From Phycisphaeraceae bacterium (GTDB lineage Bacteria > Planctomycetota > Phycisphaerae > Phycisphaerales > Phycisphaeraceae), in contig OY771506.1 of the NCBI GenBank assembly GCA_963674705.1, positions 3,296,001-3,360,000 on the forward strand: 64,000 bases of DNA. The letters run 5' to 3'. This document shows, one piece after another, positions 1 to 9,427 of the stretch; positions within the stretch are counted from its first letter, which is position 1, and every line of letters begins with the position of its first letter. The notes beneath the pieces are model-generated. The model did not search any database. It was not told the DNA's origin and was given only the letters and a program-made list of their open reading frames with translations. The translations under genes were made by a program, and so were the position numbers.

Positions 1-751
1 ATCTTGATTTGCCGTTCGTAACGCACGACCAGCCGGCGGAAGTTGCCGATCCAGGCGATGCTGCGTTCGATTTTCCAGCGGCGCTTGTACCGCCGAAGCT
101 TGCGTCCGTCCTGTGTCGCGGGTTTGATCCGGTTGGTCTTGTGCGGGCAGATCAGGTCGATGCCACGACGCTTGAGACGCTTGCGCAACGGGTCGCTGTC
201 GGCGGCCTTGTCGTAAACCAGTCGCCTGGGGTTCTTGCGGGGTCGGCCTCTGCCCGCACGCGGCACGGCCACACGCTGAAGCGTGGACTCGATCAGCGTC
301 GCTTCGTGCGGGGACGCCGAGGTGAGTTGAACTCCCAGAGGAATACCTTGGCCGCTTGCCACCACCATCCACTTTGTACCCTTGCCGCGTTTGGTCTTGC
401 CGACGCACAGGCCCCTTTTTTTGCCGGGGCAAAGCTGCCGTCGGCGAATGTTTCTTCCCAATCGAGTCGGCCTTGTTCATCCAACTCGCCCAGGGATGCA
501 CGCCAGATCAAGAGCCAGACATCGGCGTCTTCCCAATCGCGTAATCTGCGCCAGCACGTGCTCGGCGACGGGTACTGCGCGGGTAAGTCTTTCCAACGCG
601 CGCCGCTGCGCAGCACCCACAAGATGCCTTCGAAGCACCGCCGATCGCTGACGCGTTTACGCCCGCCTTTGGGTGACGGCTTAACCTTAGGCAGCAGCGG
701 TTCGATCTTGTTCCACTGTTCGTCCGTGAGTTCTGAATCGTGTCGTGCCAT
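1..751 (-). CDS. IS5-family transposase made by -1 programmed frameshift (orfA 293..751 plus orfB running off the window)
   Basis: orfA has [14 protein letters not shown]...[16 protein letters not shown]...STCWRR...DGSF. A slippery AAAAAAAG lies at 415-422 (minus). The shifted frame reads [14 protein letters not shown]...[11 protein letters not shown]...[13 protein letters not shown]...[10 protein letters not shown] (DDE region). Confidence 0.9.
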
Positions 752-839
752 GAAAAGGGCTCCTTCCCATGGCCGATTGGATCATAAGTGCGCCAAGGGC
801 GCAAGTTTAGAAACTATATGGTTTTGAAACAGGCTCTAG
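1..839 (-). mobile_element. IS5-family insertion sequence, truncated by the window edge; only the end upstream of the transposase is visible
   Basis: Transposase ORF on the minus strand. The putative terminal inverted repeat reads CTAGAGCCTGTTTCAAAACC on the minus strand at ~820-839, and GC content drops abruptly after 839. Confidence 0.9.
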
Positions 840-905
840 AAGAAAAGAACAGAATATGGTGGAATGAAAGATTATCACAAGAGGGGAAGAAGGTAAGAAA
901 ACAGA

Positions 906-992
906 AGAAAAGGAGGTATTCTACTTTACTAATAATCGTCGGTTTCGTATCCGCCGAAATGAATGCCTGTAAAGTAGAATGTCCCCTTTTCT
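906..992. repeat. REP-like inverted repeat (GGGGACATTCTACT family), copy 1
   Basis: 24-bp arms at 906-929 and 969-992 (gtaaagtagaatgtccccttttct) with 3 mismatches. Confidence 0.8.
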
Positions 993-1085
993 GTCCCACA
1001 ATCCTCTTGGCCGCTACAGCATTGACGACGAATCACTTGCCGCCTAAGTTGACGGCGTTCGTCCCTGACATCTTTGTCGGCCCCA

Positions 1086-1493
1086 TTACTTACTCACACC
1101 AATACCTTTCACAACACCATCTTCAACTCCAACAAAAAAGCCATCATAAGCAACCAATTTCTTCCCGATAAGTTGCGCATCATGTACATTGATCGATCCC
1201 ACACCATGGACTTTCTGAACATCTGTCATCAAACTTCCTATCTGAAATGACCCATCTAACATTTCATATTCAACATTCTCGGTGTAAATTGCAAATACTT
1301 CTTTAGTCGCATCGGCATAAATGTAGACGCCGTCTTCTGTTATCTTAGATTCGACTTCGGCACCCAACTTCCAAGATCCAATCGATTCACCAGGAATGAT
1401 CATATTAGTTGATGGCTCGTTGCCGGGGTTTGAGCATGCATTAAGCAAAAACAAAAAAATCATGACCAGATTAAACTTGAGTAATGTATTCAT
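1086..1493 (-). CDS. small AT-rich hypothetical lipoprotein
   Basis: 135 aa; hydrophobic N-terminus ending in lipobox LNAC; much lower GC than neighbouring genes. Confidence 0.7.
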   Translation of the reverse strand: MNTLLKFNLVMIFLFLLNACSNPGNEPSTNMIIPGESIGSWKLGAEVESKITEDGVYIYADATKEVFAIYTENVEYEMLDGSFQIGSLMTDVQKVHGVGSINVHDAQLIGKKLVAYDGFFVGVEDGVVKGIGVSK

Positions 1494-1610
1494 AGTACAC
1501 CCTATCTTAATCGAGAAGACCTACATACTCTAAGGTATTTATATTGAAAGCAACAATATCTGCGGTCACCCCTTGAATCCCTTCTTTCATTCCGCCGTTG
1601 CCGTGGCTGA

Positions 1611-1655
1611 AAAGGGGACATTCTACTATATTGTGAAAAGTAGAATGTCCCCTTT
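1611..1655. repeat. REP-like inverted repeat (GGGGACATTCTACT family), copy 2
   Basis: Perfect 17-bp arms aaaggggacattctact / agtagaatgtccccttt. Confidence 0.85.
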
Positions 1656-1700
1656 ATCCTCCACGCTACTTGCTACAAAACAGTAATCCATGCAGCTTGC

Positions 1701-2849
1701 TTATGCTGCCGGCCGACGTAGTACTGCCAGACCGCCGAGGCCTAGCAGCGTGAGGCTGATCGGCTCTGGGACGTTGCTTGTGCTCGGGGCGGTGCCAGTG
1801 TTCCAGTTGTTTAGAAGGATGTCCAGGTCATCAAGACCGACATACCCGTCGCCGGTTAAATCTCCAGCCTGTGGATTACCGATTCCAGCGTTTTCATTCC
1901 AGTGGTTGAGGATGATATCCAGGTCGACGAGGCCGACGAAACCGTCGAAGTTGAGGTCACCCGTGAGGGCCGGATCGATCCTCAGAATCCGATCGTTACC
2001 CAGTTCGGATACGTAGAGCGCCCCGTCGGGGCCGAACGCGATCGTGCTGAAAGTCAGATCAAAACCCGTGCCGATGATTCTGGAATTGCCCAAGGCGTCG
2101 TATCGAAGCAACATACCACCCGACACAGCGTAGAGGTCGTATCCGAATGATCCGCCGTTGCCAAAGTCGATGATGGACCTGGCGGGATTGGTTGCGAATG
2201 AGTCGTCTATTAGCGTACCGTCTGAATCATTTACCGTGATCGTGCCGTTTTCCATACCAACAACAATACGGTCCGATGGAGTGACCGCGATCGACTGCGG
2301 TCTTAGTGTTGAGGGAAACGAATAAAGTGTCGTGGTGCCCGAATCCGAGCCGACCGTTATGCTATGCAAGCCCCAGTCGGCAATCAGCAAACGGCCGGTA
2401 CTGTCAAACAGCATATCGTTCGGATTGCCTGTTCCCGTGCTGTACAGATCAATGACCGATTCGTCCGGGAGGATAGCCCACAGATGGCCGGTACTGGCCC
2501 CGTATGCTTTGCCGCTCACAAGTATCGCTCCCGGTGTGCCTGAAATCGTCCCATCTGCATCGAACAGAACATTGTCAGGGTCTGGAATGGCCGTGTCACC
2601 GTACTCGGTGACCGTCGTCCCACCTGGTCCGACTCGGTGAATCCGTACGGCATCCTGATTATGCCCGCCGGACCCGATGTTATCCCTCCCAACAAACAGG
2701 TTGCCGTCGTCATCGAACGTGATGTGCATGGGATCGGTCACGTCGGCATAGACTTGTACTTCGAAGCCCCATACGTTGGGCAGGTCCGTAGCAGACGCAT
2801 GCGCCTCACTCAAAACCAGCGCGATCAGCACCATACAGATTTGACGCAC
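1701..2849 (-). CDS. secreted NHL/SMP-30-like beta-propeller protein with paired dockerin-like repeats and PEP-CTERM
   Basis: Signal peptide; repeated P..I.FD.DG.L.V motifs; GDLNFDGFVGLVDLD and GDLTGDGYVGLDDLD; C-terminus VPEPISLTLLGLGGLAVLRR. Confidence 0.85.
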   Translation of the reverse strand: MRQICMVLIALVLSEAHASATDLPNVWGFEVQVYADVTDPMHITFDDDGNLFVGRDNIGSGGHNQDAVRIHRVGPGGTTVTEYGDTAIPDPDNVLFDADGTISGTPGAILVSGKAYGASTGHLWAILPDESVIDLYSTGTGNPNDMLFDSTGRLLIADWGLHSITVGSDSGTTTLYSFPSTLRPQSIAVTPSDRIVVGMENGTITVNDSDGTLIDDSFATNPARSIIDFGNGGSFGYDLYAVSGGMLLRYDALGNSRIIGTGFDLTFSTIAFGPDGALYVSELGNDRILRIDPALTGDLNFDGFVGLVDLDIILNHWNENAGIGNPQAGDLTGDGYVGLDDLDILLNNWNTGTAPSTSNVPEPISLTLLGLGGLAVLRRPAA

Positions 2850-3212
2850 AAAACACCCCCTTGCAGGTAGACGCTAAAACTTCACCGATACTTCCCATTA
2901 GGTCTCAGTCCGACTACGACGCCGGGCACGTTGATACCAATGTAACGCCTTCCACCCCAAGGTCCAAGACCATTTAACCCGATTCTCACCGCACTTTCCA
3001 TGATTCTTACTGCGAATCGACGTTCCAGCAGTCCGCACCATGACCCAGGAAGTTTACCCATACTGACATCGGTATGCCCATGTTTCACCCCAGCATATAG
3101 CGTGGGTTTCGTATTGTGGGGTTGTGCTTCGCTTAACGCCACTCTACGGCAGAGTGGGGCCCTTGCTACTTACTGATCACGTGTTTGTTGATCATGTTTG
3201 TGCAAGGTTGTC

Positions 3213-3250
3213 GGCCCTCACCCCGGCCCTCTCCCGGGGGGAGAGGGGGT
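3213..3250. repeat. REP-like element, CCCTCACCCCGGCCCTCTCCC-N-GGGAGAGGG family
   Basis: The same motif recurs at ~32580, 36140, 38197, 47762, 52714 and 60007. Confidence 0.85.
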
Positions 3251-3312
3251 AAGGCGGACTTTTCTTTTACTGTCTGAACGTGCTGGCTGTGGTTTTCTTA
3301 ACGAGCGTTTAA

Positions 3313-4809
3313 TCATTGCTCGACAGCGCGATTCAGGTAGCTTAGTTTTGCGATGCGGCCGGGGCGGTTGAAGAGGATGTAGATGCTGCCATCCGGGGCG
3401 CAGGCGACGTCGCGGATGCGGCCCAGGTCTTTGAGGATGACTTCCTGATGGATGACGCGGTCGTTGTCGAGTACGAGGCGGCGTAGTTCTTCGTGTGCCA
3501 GTGCGCCGGCGAAGAGGTTGCCTTGCCAGCGGGTGAAGGGGCCATGGTTGTATGCGTCGAGGCCGCAGGCGGCGATGGAGGGGACCCAATACAAGACGGG
3601 TTGGTCCATGCCTTGTTTTTTGAATTCATCGGTGATGATGGTTCCGTTGTAGTTGATGCCGTAGGTGATGACGGGCCAGCCGTAGTTGTGGCCGGGCTTG
3701 ATGAGGTTCAGTTCGTCGCCGCCCCTCGGGCCGTGTTCGGTGATCCAGAGTTGATCGGTATCGGGGTGGATGGCGAGGCCTTGCGGGTTGCGGTGGCCGT
3801 AGGAATAGATGGAGGGGTAAACGTTACCGCCTTCGTTTACGAAGGGATTATCGCTGGGGATAGAGCCGTCGCGATTGATGCGGTGGATCTTGCCGTTGGG
3901 TTTGTCGAGTCGTTGTGCATCGTCGCCCGTGCCGCGGTCGCCGATGGCGAAGTAGAGGTAGCCATTTTTATCAAAGACGATCCGGCAGCCGTAGTGATGG
4001 CGGGCGCTGAGGTAGTCTTCTTTGCGTGCTTCGAAGAGTGTCTGCTCGTCGGTCCATTTACCATCGACGATCTTGCCGCGGACGATCTTTGTCATGCCGG
4101 GCGCTTCGACGCTGCCGTCTTCGGAATGGCTGAAAGCCAGGTAAACCCAGTCATTTTCGCCGTCGCCGTAGTTTGGATCGATGTTGACATCGAGCAGCCC
4201 GCCCTGGCTCGCGTAGCGCACAACCGGCGTGCCCTGGATCGGGTTCGGGTCGAGTTTGTCATCGACTAACCAGTACAGCTTTCCGACTTTGTCCGTCACC
4301 AGTGCGCGGTTTTCATCGACAAACGCGATCGACCAGGGCTCTTCCATACCGCCATCGACGATGACTTCGAGCTTAACTTCGTAATCGCGGGTTGTGATCT
4401 TGTCGGGCAGGCCGTGCTTGGGGGTTTCCAGTTTGGCTGGGGCGTTCTTGATATAGCTTGCCAACTCGCTGATTTGTTCATCGTTTAGCAGTGCACCGAA
4501 CGGGGGCATGCCCTTGTCGAGAATGCCTTTGTCGATGCTGCGTTCGATGTAGTCTTGATCTTTATCAATGACCCACTTCTTATCGAGGAACGACGAGCCG
4601 CTGCCGCCCTGGAGGAACTGGCCGTGGCAGCTTGCGCAGTAGCGGATGTAGGTGTTGCGGATGGGGTGGTTGAGGATGTACTCGCTTTTGGAGGGGTCGA
4701 GTTCGTCCTCGGTTTGAGCGAGCGCGGGTTGGCCGGTGGTTAATGTGAAAGCGAGTAGCGCCAGCGCGATAATGGAAAGCCGGTGGGGTGTCGTGTGGTT
4801 GTGATGCAT
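3313..4809 (-). CDS. cytochrome c domain fused to a PQQ-dependent glucose/sorbosone dehydrogenase-family (GSDH) domain
   Basis: Signal peptide; CASCHG heme motif with distal MPPF; QGGLLDV, HYGCRIVF, YSYGHRNPQGL, TEHGPRGGDELN, NYGWP, GRIRDV. Confidence 0.9.
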   Translation of the reverse strand: MHHNHTTPHRLSIIALALLAFTLTTGQPALAQTEDELDPSKSEYILNHPIRNTYIRYCASCHGQFLQGGSGSSFLDKKWVIDKDQDYIERSIDKGILDKGMPPFGALLNDEQISELASYIKNAPAKLETPKHGLPDKITTRDYEVKLEVIVDGGMEEPWSIAFVDENRALVTDKVGKLYWLVDDKLDPNPIQGTPVVRYASQGGLLDVNIDPNYGDGENDWVYLAFSHSEDGSVEAPGMTKIVRGKIVDGKWTDEQTLFEARKEDYLSARHHYGCRIVFDKNGYLYFAIGDRGTGDDAQRLDKPNGKIHRINRDGSIPSDNPFVNEGGNVYPSIYSYGHRNPQGLAIHPDTDQLWITEHGPRGGDELNLIKPGHNYGWPVITYGINYNGTIITDEFKKQGMDQPVLYWVPSIAACGLDAYNHGPFTRWQGNLFAGALAHEELRRLVLDNDRVIHQEVILKDLGRIRDVACAPDGSIYILFNRPGRIAKLSYLNRAVEQ

Positions 4810-5029
4810 GTTCCGCCTCTAGATCAAAGTGAATCTATATAGGTAGATGCTAGGTGCGGATGGCGGGTTAGACAAGGTGGGGGTGGATGGGGAGACCTAC
4901 GGTCGAATGATGTGGCGGGGTCGGGAGACTCGCGCCGAGCGCGGGCTGCAACAAGGCGACCCGTGCTACTTGCTGCGTCAACCGCCTTTGCCCTGCGGGT
5001 CAAAGACGGGCACCCGGCATTGGAGTCTG

Positions 5030-5082
5030 AAACGGGTCAGACCTCAAAACGGAGACCTTAAAACGGGGTCAGACCCCGTTTT
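5030..5082. repeat. GGGGTCAGACCCC-type palindromic repeat cluster
   Basis: aaaacggggtc-a-gaccccgtttt at 5060-5082, preceded by a degenerate copy aaacgggtcagacc. Confidence 0.7.
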
Positions 5083-5091
5083 GACAGCCTT

Positions 5092-7074
5092 TCAGCGTTC
5101 CAGAATCAATGCGTGGATGGTTAGTACTCCGGCGCCCTGGTTGCCGTCCCAGGTCAGGCCGAGGGCGTGGAGGGATTGCATGTCGATGCGGTGGTTGCCT
5201 TGCTGGTTGCCCCATGAGCCGCGCGGCAAGAGTTGGGTCAGGTCGATGGTGTAGCGGTGTTTTGATCCCATGCCGCGCAGTGGGACGGAGTGGTAAGCTT
5301 CGCCGTCGTCGGACGTGTTAATGTGGGTGTAATCGTCGGCGGGGGACGCGACGGCGGCTTCATCGACGATCAGGTTAAAACGGAAGTCCTTGGGCATCGT
5401 GGCGACGAGTGTGACTTTGCTGTAGCCGGCGAGGTCGGTGCTTTGGGCAGTTCCGCCTTCGATTGCCATGCGCTTGGGGCCGAAGATGGCGCAGCCGCCG
5501 CCCCAGCCGGTGCCGCTGTCGTAGGTGATATGCAGAGTTTTACCACGGCGCGTTAAAGTCACACTGGCGTCGGTATCGTTAAACACCGCGGGTTCGGCGG
5601 TCGGCGTTTCGGCGAGGATGCCGATGCGCGGCGGTCGGTCGGGATACTGGCCGGTGAACAGCGTAACCGGCGCAGATGTGAGCAGGTCGGTGGGGATGGC
5701 GGTTGAACTGTTTGCGTGGATCGCGTCGGCTTGTTTGTTGGTTTGACTCATCGCATCGAGCAGCACATCGTAAGGCTTGTGCTGGATGTCGACGATACCG
5801 TAGTTCGAGTCTTCGCCGTCGAATCTGCCTTGGGGCGGTTCGTCGGCAAACTCGAACCAGTGTGCGCCGATGACGATTGGCTCGGTTAAAAGTGCTTCAA
5901 CGTATTGCTGATAGTTGTCTGCTCTATCCTGCTGGGTCGGGACCACTGCGCCTGCGCCGCGTGTATTCGGGTTGCCGCTGTTGTTTTCGGCTCCCCGCCA
6001 AGAGAACTCCGTCCGCATGATGGGCTTGCCACCCAGTAACCAGAAGCGTGCGAGTTTTGACTTGTCCACCTCCGGCCGATGCGGGTAGTGGTTCACGGAC
6101 ATGACATCACAATACTTGCCGCAGACCTCGATCACCGCGTCCGGCGCATCGTTGGCGAATCGTACGCCAAGTATGAGCGCGTCGGGGGCCAGCTCGTGGA
6201 TCACCGTGGTCGTCGTCTTGAAGTACAACTCGGCGGTGTGGCGGATGAATGCTTCACGGTCCTTGTTTGCTGTTTCCGTGTTTACACTCTCAAGCATGGC
6301 ATCGGTGATCTGATCCCATGAAGTGATCGGATCAAGTTGCCAGGCATGGGAGAACGAAGTGACATCGTCGTCGTAACGCTCTTTAAGGAAGTCGATGGCA
6401 GCGTGACGGGCGGTGTCATCTGCGGGCCGAGATAATGCAGATTCGAGCAGGGTGTAGGTCGGCTCATAGACCCAGGGCAGGCGGCCGAACCACGCGGCTT
6501 CGTTGTCGATGAAGTATCCAAGCACTTTACTGCGATCGGGCCAACGCGACAGTTCTTCACTGACCCGCTTATTTACACGTTGCTCAAACCCCGGGCGCAG
6601 GCTGTCGAGTATGCGGTCCTGCCCCCAGCCTGCGGCGTAGAGTATGACCGTCTCGTAGGCTCCGCATCCGTTCAGCGTCGGATCGCTCCACGCGCCCACC
6701 GTGTTGAACCCGCCACGCTGAAGGATCTGTTTAACTGACGCTGTCCAGGCCTCGGTATCGCCGGCGAACTGATGTTTCAGCCCGTCATAGAAGGGAGTGC
6801 CTTCGTTTGCACCGACGTGCCCGGCGATGTGGTTTACGCCGAGCGATAGAAAACGCTGGCCTTGCGCATCAGCGAACCAGAACTTTCCGGCTTCGTCCTG
6901 AATCACGCGGTAATTGCCCGGTCCTGCGATGGCGATTGATGAAGTGAATAGAAGCCCGATGAAAGCCCCAAGTAAAAGTCTTGATTGGGCCAATGCTGTG
7001 GGCTTTACCATGAGGCCTCGCAGGAAACTTGTCCTTTGGATGATGTGTGACCCGATCATAGATAAGGACTCCAT
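5092..7074 (-). CDS. secreted glycoside hydrolase, GH50 (beta-agarase-like)/clan GH-A, with a C-terminal carbohydrate-binding-like domain
   Basis: GKFWFAD..G.RFLSLGVN, GFNTVGAWSD, LGYFIDNE (putative acid/base), LILGVRF, KPIMRTEF (putative nucleophile), IGAHWFEFADEP..GR.DGEDSNYGIVD. Confidence 0.75.
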   Translation of the reverse strand: MESLSMIGSHIIQRTSFLRGLMVKPTALAQSRLLLGAFIGLLFTSSIAIAGPGNYRVIQDEAGKFWFADAQGQRFLSLGVNHIAGHVGANEGTPFYDGLKHQFAGDTEAWTASVKQILQRGGFNTVGAWSDPTLNGCGAYETVILYAAGWGQDRILDSLRPGFEQRVNKRVSEELSRWPDRSKVLGYFIDNEAAWFGRLPWVYEPTYTLLESALSRPADDTARHAAIDFLKERYDDDVTSFSHAWQLDPITSWDQITDAMLESVNTETANKDREAFIRHTAELYFKTTTTVIHELAPDALILGVRFANDAPDAVIEVCGKYCDVMSVNHYPHRPEVDKSKLARFWLLGGKPIMRTEFSWRGAENNSGNPNTRGAGAVVPTQQDRADNYQQYVEALLTEPIVIGAHWFEFADEPPQGRFDGEDSNYGIVDIQHKPYDVLLDAMSQTNKQADAIHANSSTAIPTDLLTSAPVTLFTGQYPDRPPRIGILAETPTAEPAVFNDTDASVTLTRRGKTLHITYDSGTGWGGGCAIFGPKRMAIEGGTAQSTDLAGYSKVTLVATMPKDFRFNLIVDEAAVASPADDYTHINTSDDGEAYHSVPLRGMGSKHRYTIDLTQLLPRGSWGNQQGNHRIDMQSLHALGLTWDGNQGAGVLTIHALILER

Positions 7075-7145
7075 TATGGTTTCTATGATAATAAGCAGCC
7101 CCGGTCTTCATTGGTAATGCGTGGTCAGCTTGATACGCCACGGCG

Positions 7146-7161
7146 TGTAACATCCGTTACA
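7146..7161. promoter_or_regulatory. palindromic operator-like site TGTAAC-N4-GTTACA
   Basis: Perfect 6-bp arms in the divergent intergenic region; overlaps a TACAAT -10-like hexamer at 7158-7163. Confidence 0.4.
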
Positions 7162-7229
7162 ATCTGGAGACAAGCAATCCCGGGGTCCGGTGGTGAGGTC
7201 CGGGGGAGTGATGCGGGGGGTAGAATCCG

Positions 7230-8294
7230 GTGGGGATCCGGAGGCGGGGGCTGATTGACGCATTGCATGGAGGTTCGCGTTTGTCGGAGATGCAGCAGGA
7301 CAATCTTGAGGCCTTGGCTGAGCTGGCGTCGGACCCGACGGAGCAGCTTGGTGCGCTGACGTCTACGGAGCAGGAAGATACGGTAACGCGGCTGATGCCC
7401 TGGGGGTTTTCGCTTTTATTGCATGCGGGGCTGGTGCTGCTGGCGCTGTTCGTGGTGTGGTCGACGGTGATCCTGACCAGCGACGAGCAGATCATCATCC
7501 CGACGGCCAGGCTCAGCGCGACGCCGGGCGCGCCGTTGCAGATCAAACAGACCGAACGGCTGAAGACCGACCCGCTGGCGCGGCGGACCGTTTCGCCGAT
7601 CCGCAAACAAGCGCCGATCCAGATGCAGACGAATCCTATCAACGACGCGTCTCTGGTCGGTGTGCTGGGGGCGAGCGGGGAGGCGAACCCGTTCGAGACG
7701 GCGCTGGCGGGCGGGGGTGAACTTCGTGCACAGTTCCTCGGTTCCGGTGGTAATGCGCGGCGGATCGCGTTTGTGATCGATGCGTCGGGGTCGCTGATCG
7801 ACAACTTCCCGTTTGTGATCCGTGAACTGCAGCGATCGGTTAATCAACTCAGCAGCCGACAGTACTTCACGGTGATTTTCTATCAGAACGATGATGTCAT
7901 CGAAATCCCCCCGGTCGGTATCGATGCCAAGCGTGCGACGATTACGATGAAGGAATCGATCAATCAGTGGCTGTTACCCGATCAATACAACATTACACCT
8001 GGAGGCAGAACTAATCCTGTCCGGGCACTTCGTCGTGCGTTTAAATATGAGCCACAATTGATCTTCCTGCTTTCTGATGCGATCACGGGCCAGGGGCAGT
8101 ACGAGATCGATCAGCGCAAGCTGCTAGATGAGATCGATCGGATCAACCGGGCGGGGACGAAGATTAATACGCTGCAATTTCTGCAGGAAGACCCGTTGGT
8201 GAAGGCGGGATTAAAAAGCACGATGGAACAGATCGCCACACAGAGCGGCGGCGTGTATACCTTTGTATCGAAGGAAGATTTGAATATCGATTAA
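7230..8294 (+). CDS. membrane-anchored vWA-domain protein (start may lie further downstream)
   Basis: TM segment SLLLHAGLVLLALFVVW (TonB-like SxxxH); MIDAS-like FVIDASGSL; GGRTNP; IFLLSD; INTLQF...IA..SGG.Y. Confidence 0.8.
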   Translation: MGIRRRGLIDALHGGSRLSEMQQDNLEALAELASDPTEQLGALTSTEQEDTVTRLMPWGFSLLLHAGLVLLALFVVWSTVILTSDEQIIIPTARLSATPGAPLQIKQTERLKTDPLARRTVSPIRKQAPIQMQTNPINDASLVGVLGASGEANPFETALAGGGELRAQFLGSGGNARRIAFVIDASGSLIDNFPFVIRELQRSVNQLSSRQYFTVIFYQNDDVIEIPPVGIDAKRATITMKESINQWLLPDQYNITPGGRTNPVRALRRAFKYEPQLIFLLSDAITGQGQYEIDQRKLLDEIDRINRAGTKINTLQFLQEDPLVKAGLKSTMEQIATQSGGVYTFVSKEDLNID

Positions 8295-8314
8295 GTGAAC
8301 ATGGATGAGGTCGA

Positions 8315-9427
8315 TTGCTGCGAAGCAGAACGATCCAGGGGCAGACGATGAACATGAGACACAGCCGAACGACAACCTGCGTGATGTTAGTTGTGTTGCT
8401 TTGGTTGCCGACGATGGTTTCGGCGCAGGCGGATGCGGTGAAGCTGTCGGGCATGTGGATCGAGCCGGTGACGGTGGTTTCGATACGCAACGGTCTGATT
8501 GAGTACGAGACCGATCAGGGGGTGCGGATTTCGCGTTCGCTTGATTTACTGGAAGGCCTCAAGCTGGAGCGTTACCCGGTGTTGAGCAGTGCGCAGGAGG
8601 CGCTGGATCGCGGTGACGATAAGACGGCTGCGATCATGCTCAAGCAGGTGATCGAACAGGCCCATGAGGACTGGCTTGAACATTACGCGGCGTCACAACT
8701 TGTTGGTGCATTAGAACGGCTGGACAAGGCGGAAGCGGCGGTGCAGGTTTATATCGAACAGATGATGGATAATGCGGACCTGGTTTATCTGCTGGATCCC
8801 CCGGTCGACGGGTTGGCCCGTGCGGATGCGGCGGAGCGGCTGCGCGCGATCGAGTTGATTAATGCGGTCAAGGGTTCGCTGGATGAGCAGCGGGCGGGGT
8901 TGTTGCAGAAGCTATTGGATGCGGCCGGGCAGCCCGAGGCAGTCGTTGCGCCTGCTACGACTGGCGAAGAAACACCTGCGGGGACGGCAGATGAGCAATC
9001 GGGTTTTCCGATTTCAACAAGTGCGCCGCCCGGCTCGATCGTGAACTTCTACCGCATGGGGCAGCTCGACCGTGCGCTGATCGCGGTGGATGAAGCGCTA
9101 AGCCAGCCGGGGCGTACCTCATCGGAGCTATATCTCAAAGGCATGATCCAACTCACGATCGCGGAGCAGACGAATGATGCGGATGGATATAAATCGGCGG
9201 GGCTGAGTTTCATGCGTGTGGTGACGTACTTCCCTCGCAGCGCGGTGGCGGGGCCGGCGTGGCTGGAGGCGGGGTACGTGCATGAGAAGATCGGCCGACC
9301 TGACATCGCGCTGAAACTGTATCGGCGGGCGCAGCCGTTGATCGATGAGAAGGAAGACCCCGCCTGCTACAGGCGTTTAACTAAGTTATTAGCTGGTTTG
9401 GATACACAAACGGATGATGAAGAATAA
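8315..9427 (+). CDS. secreted TPR-repeat protein
   Basis: Signal peptide ending VSA-Q; helical repeats; AGLSFMRVVTYFPRS..A..AWLEAG..HEKIG. Confidence 0.75.
   Translation: MLRSRTIQGQTMNMRHSRTTTCVMLVVLLWLPTMVSAQADAVKLSGMWIEPVTVVSIRNGLIEYETDQGVRISRSLDLLEGLKLERYPVLSSAQEALDRGDDKTAAIMLKQVIEQAHEDWLEHYAASQLVGALERLDKAEAAVQVYIEQMMDNADLVYLLDPPVDGLARADAAERLRAIELINAVKGSLDEQRAGLLQKLLDAAGQPEAVVAPATTGEETPAGTADEQSGFPISTSAPPGSIVNFYRMGQLDRALIAVDEALSQPGRTSSELYLKGMIQLTIAEQTNDADGYKSAGLSFMRVVTYFPRSAVAGPAWLEAGYVHEKIGRPDIALKLYRRAQPLIDEKEDPACYRRLTKLLAGLDTQTDDEE

Noticed and set aside
9..827. 272-aa plus-strand ORF
   Set aside because: Antisense shadow of the IS5 transposase; no independent motifs.
2850..3200. Long leader upstream of the PEP-CTERM propeller gene as a riboswitch
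   Set aside because: Only a short hairpin (~3138-3160); no riboswitch consensus recognised by eye. An Rfam scan would settle it.
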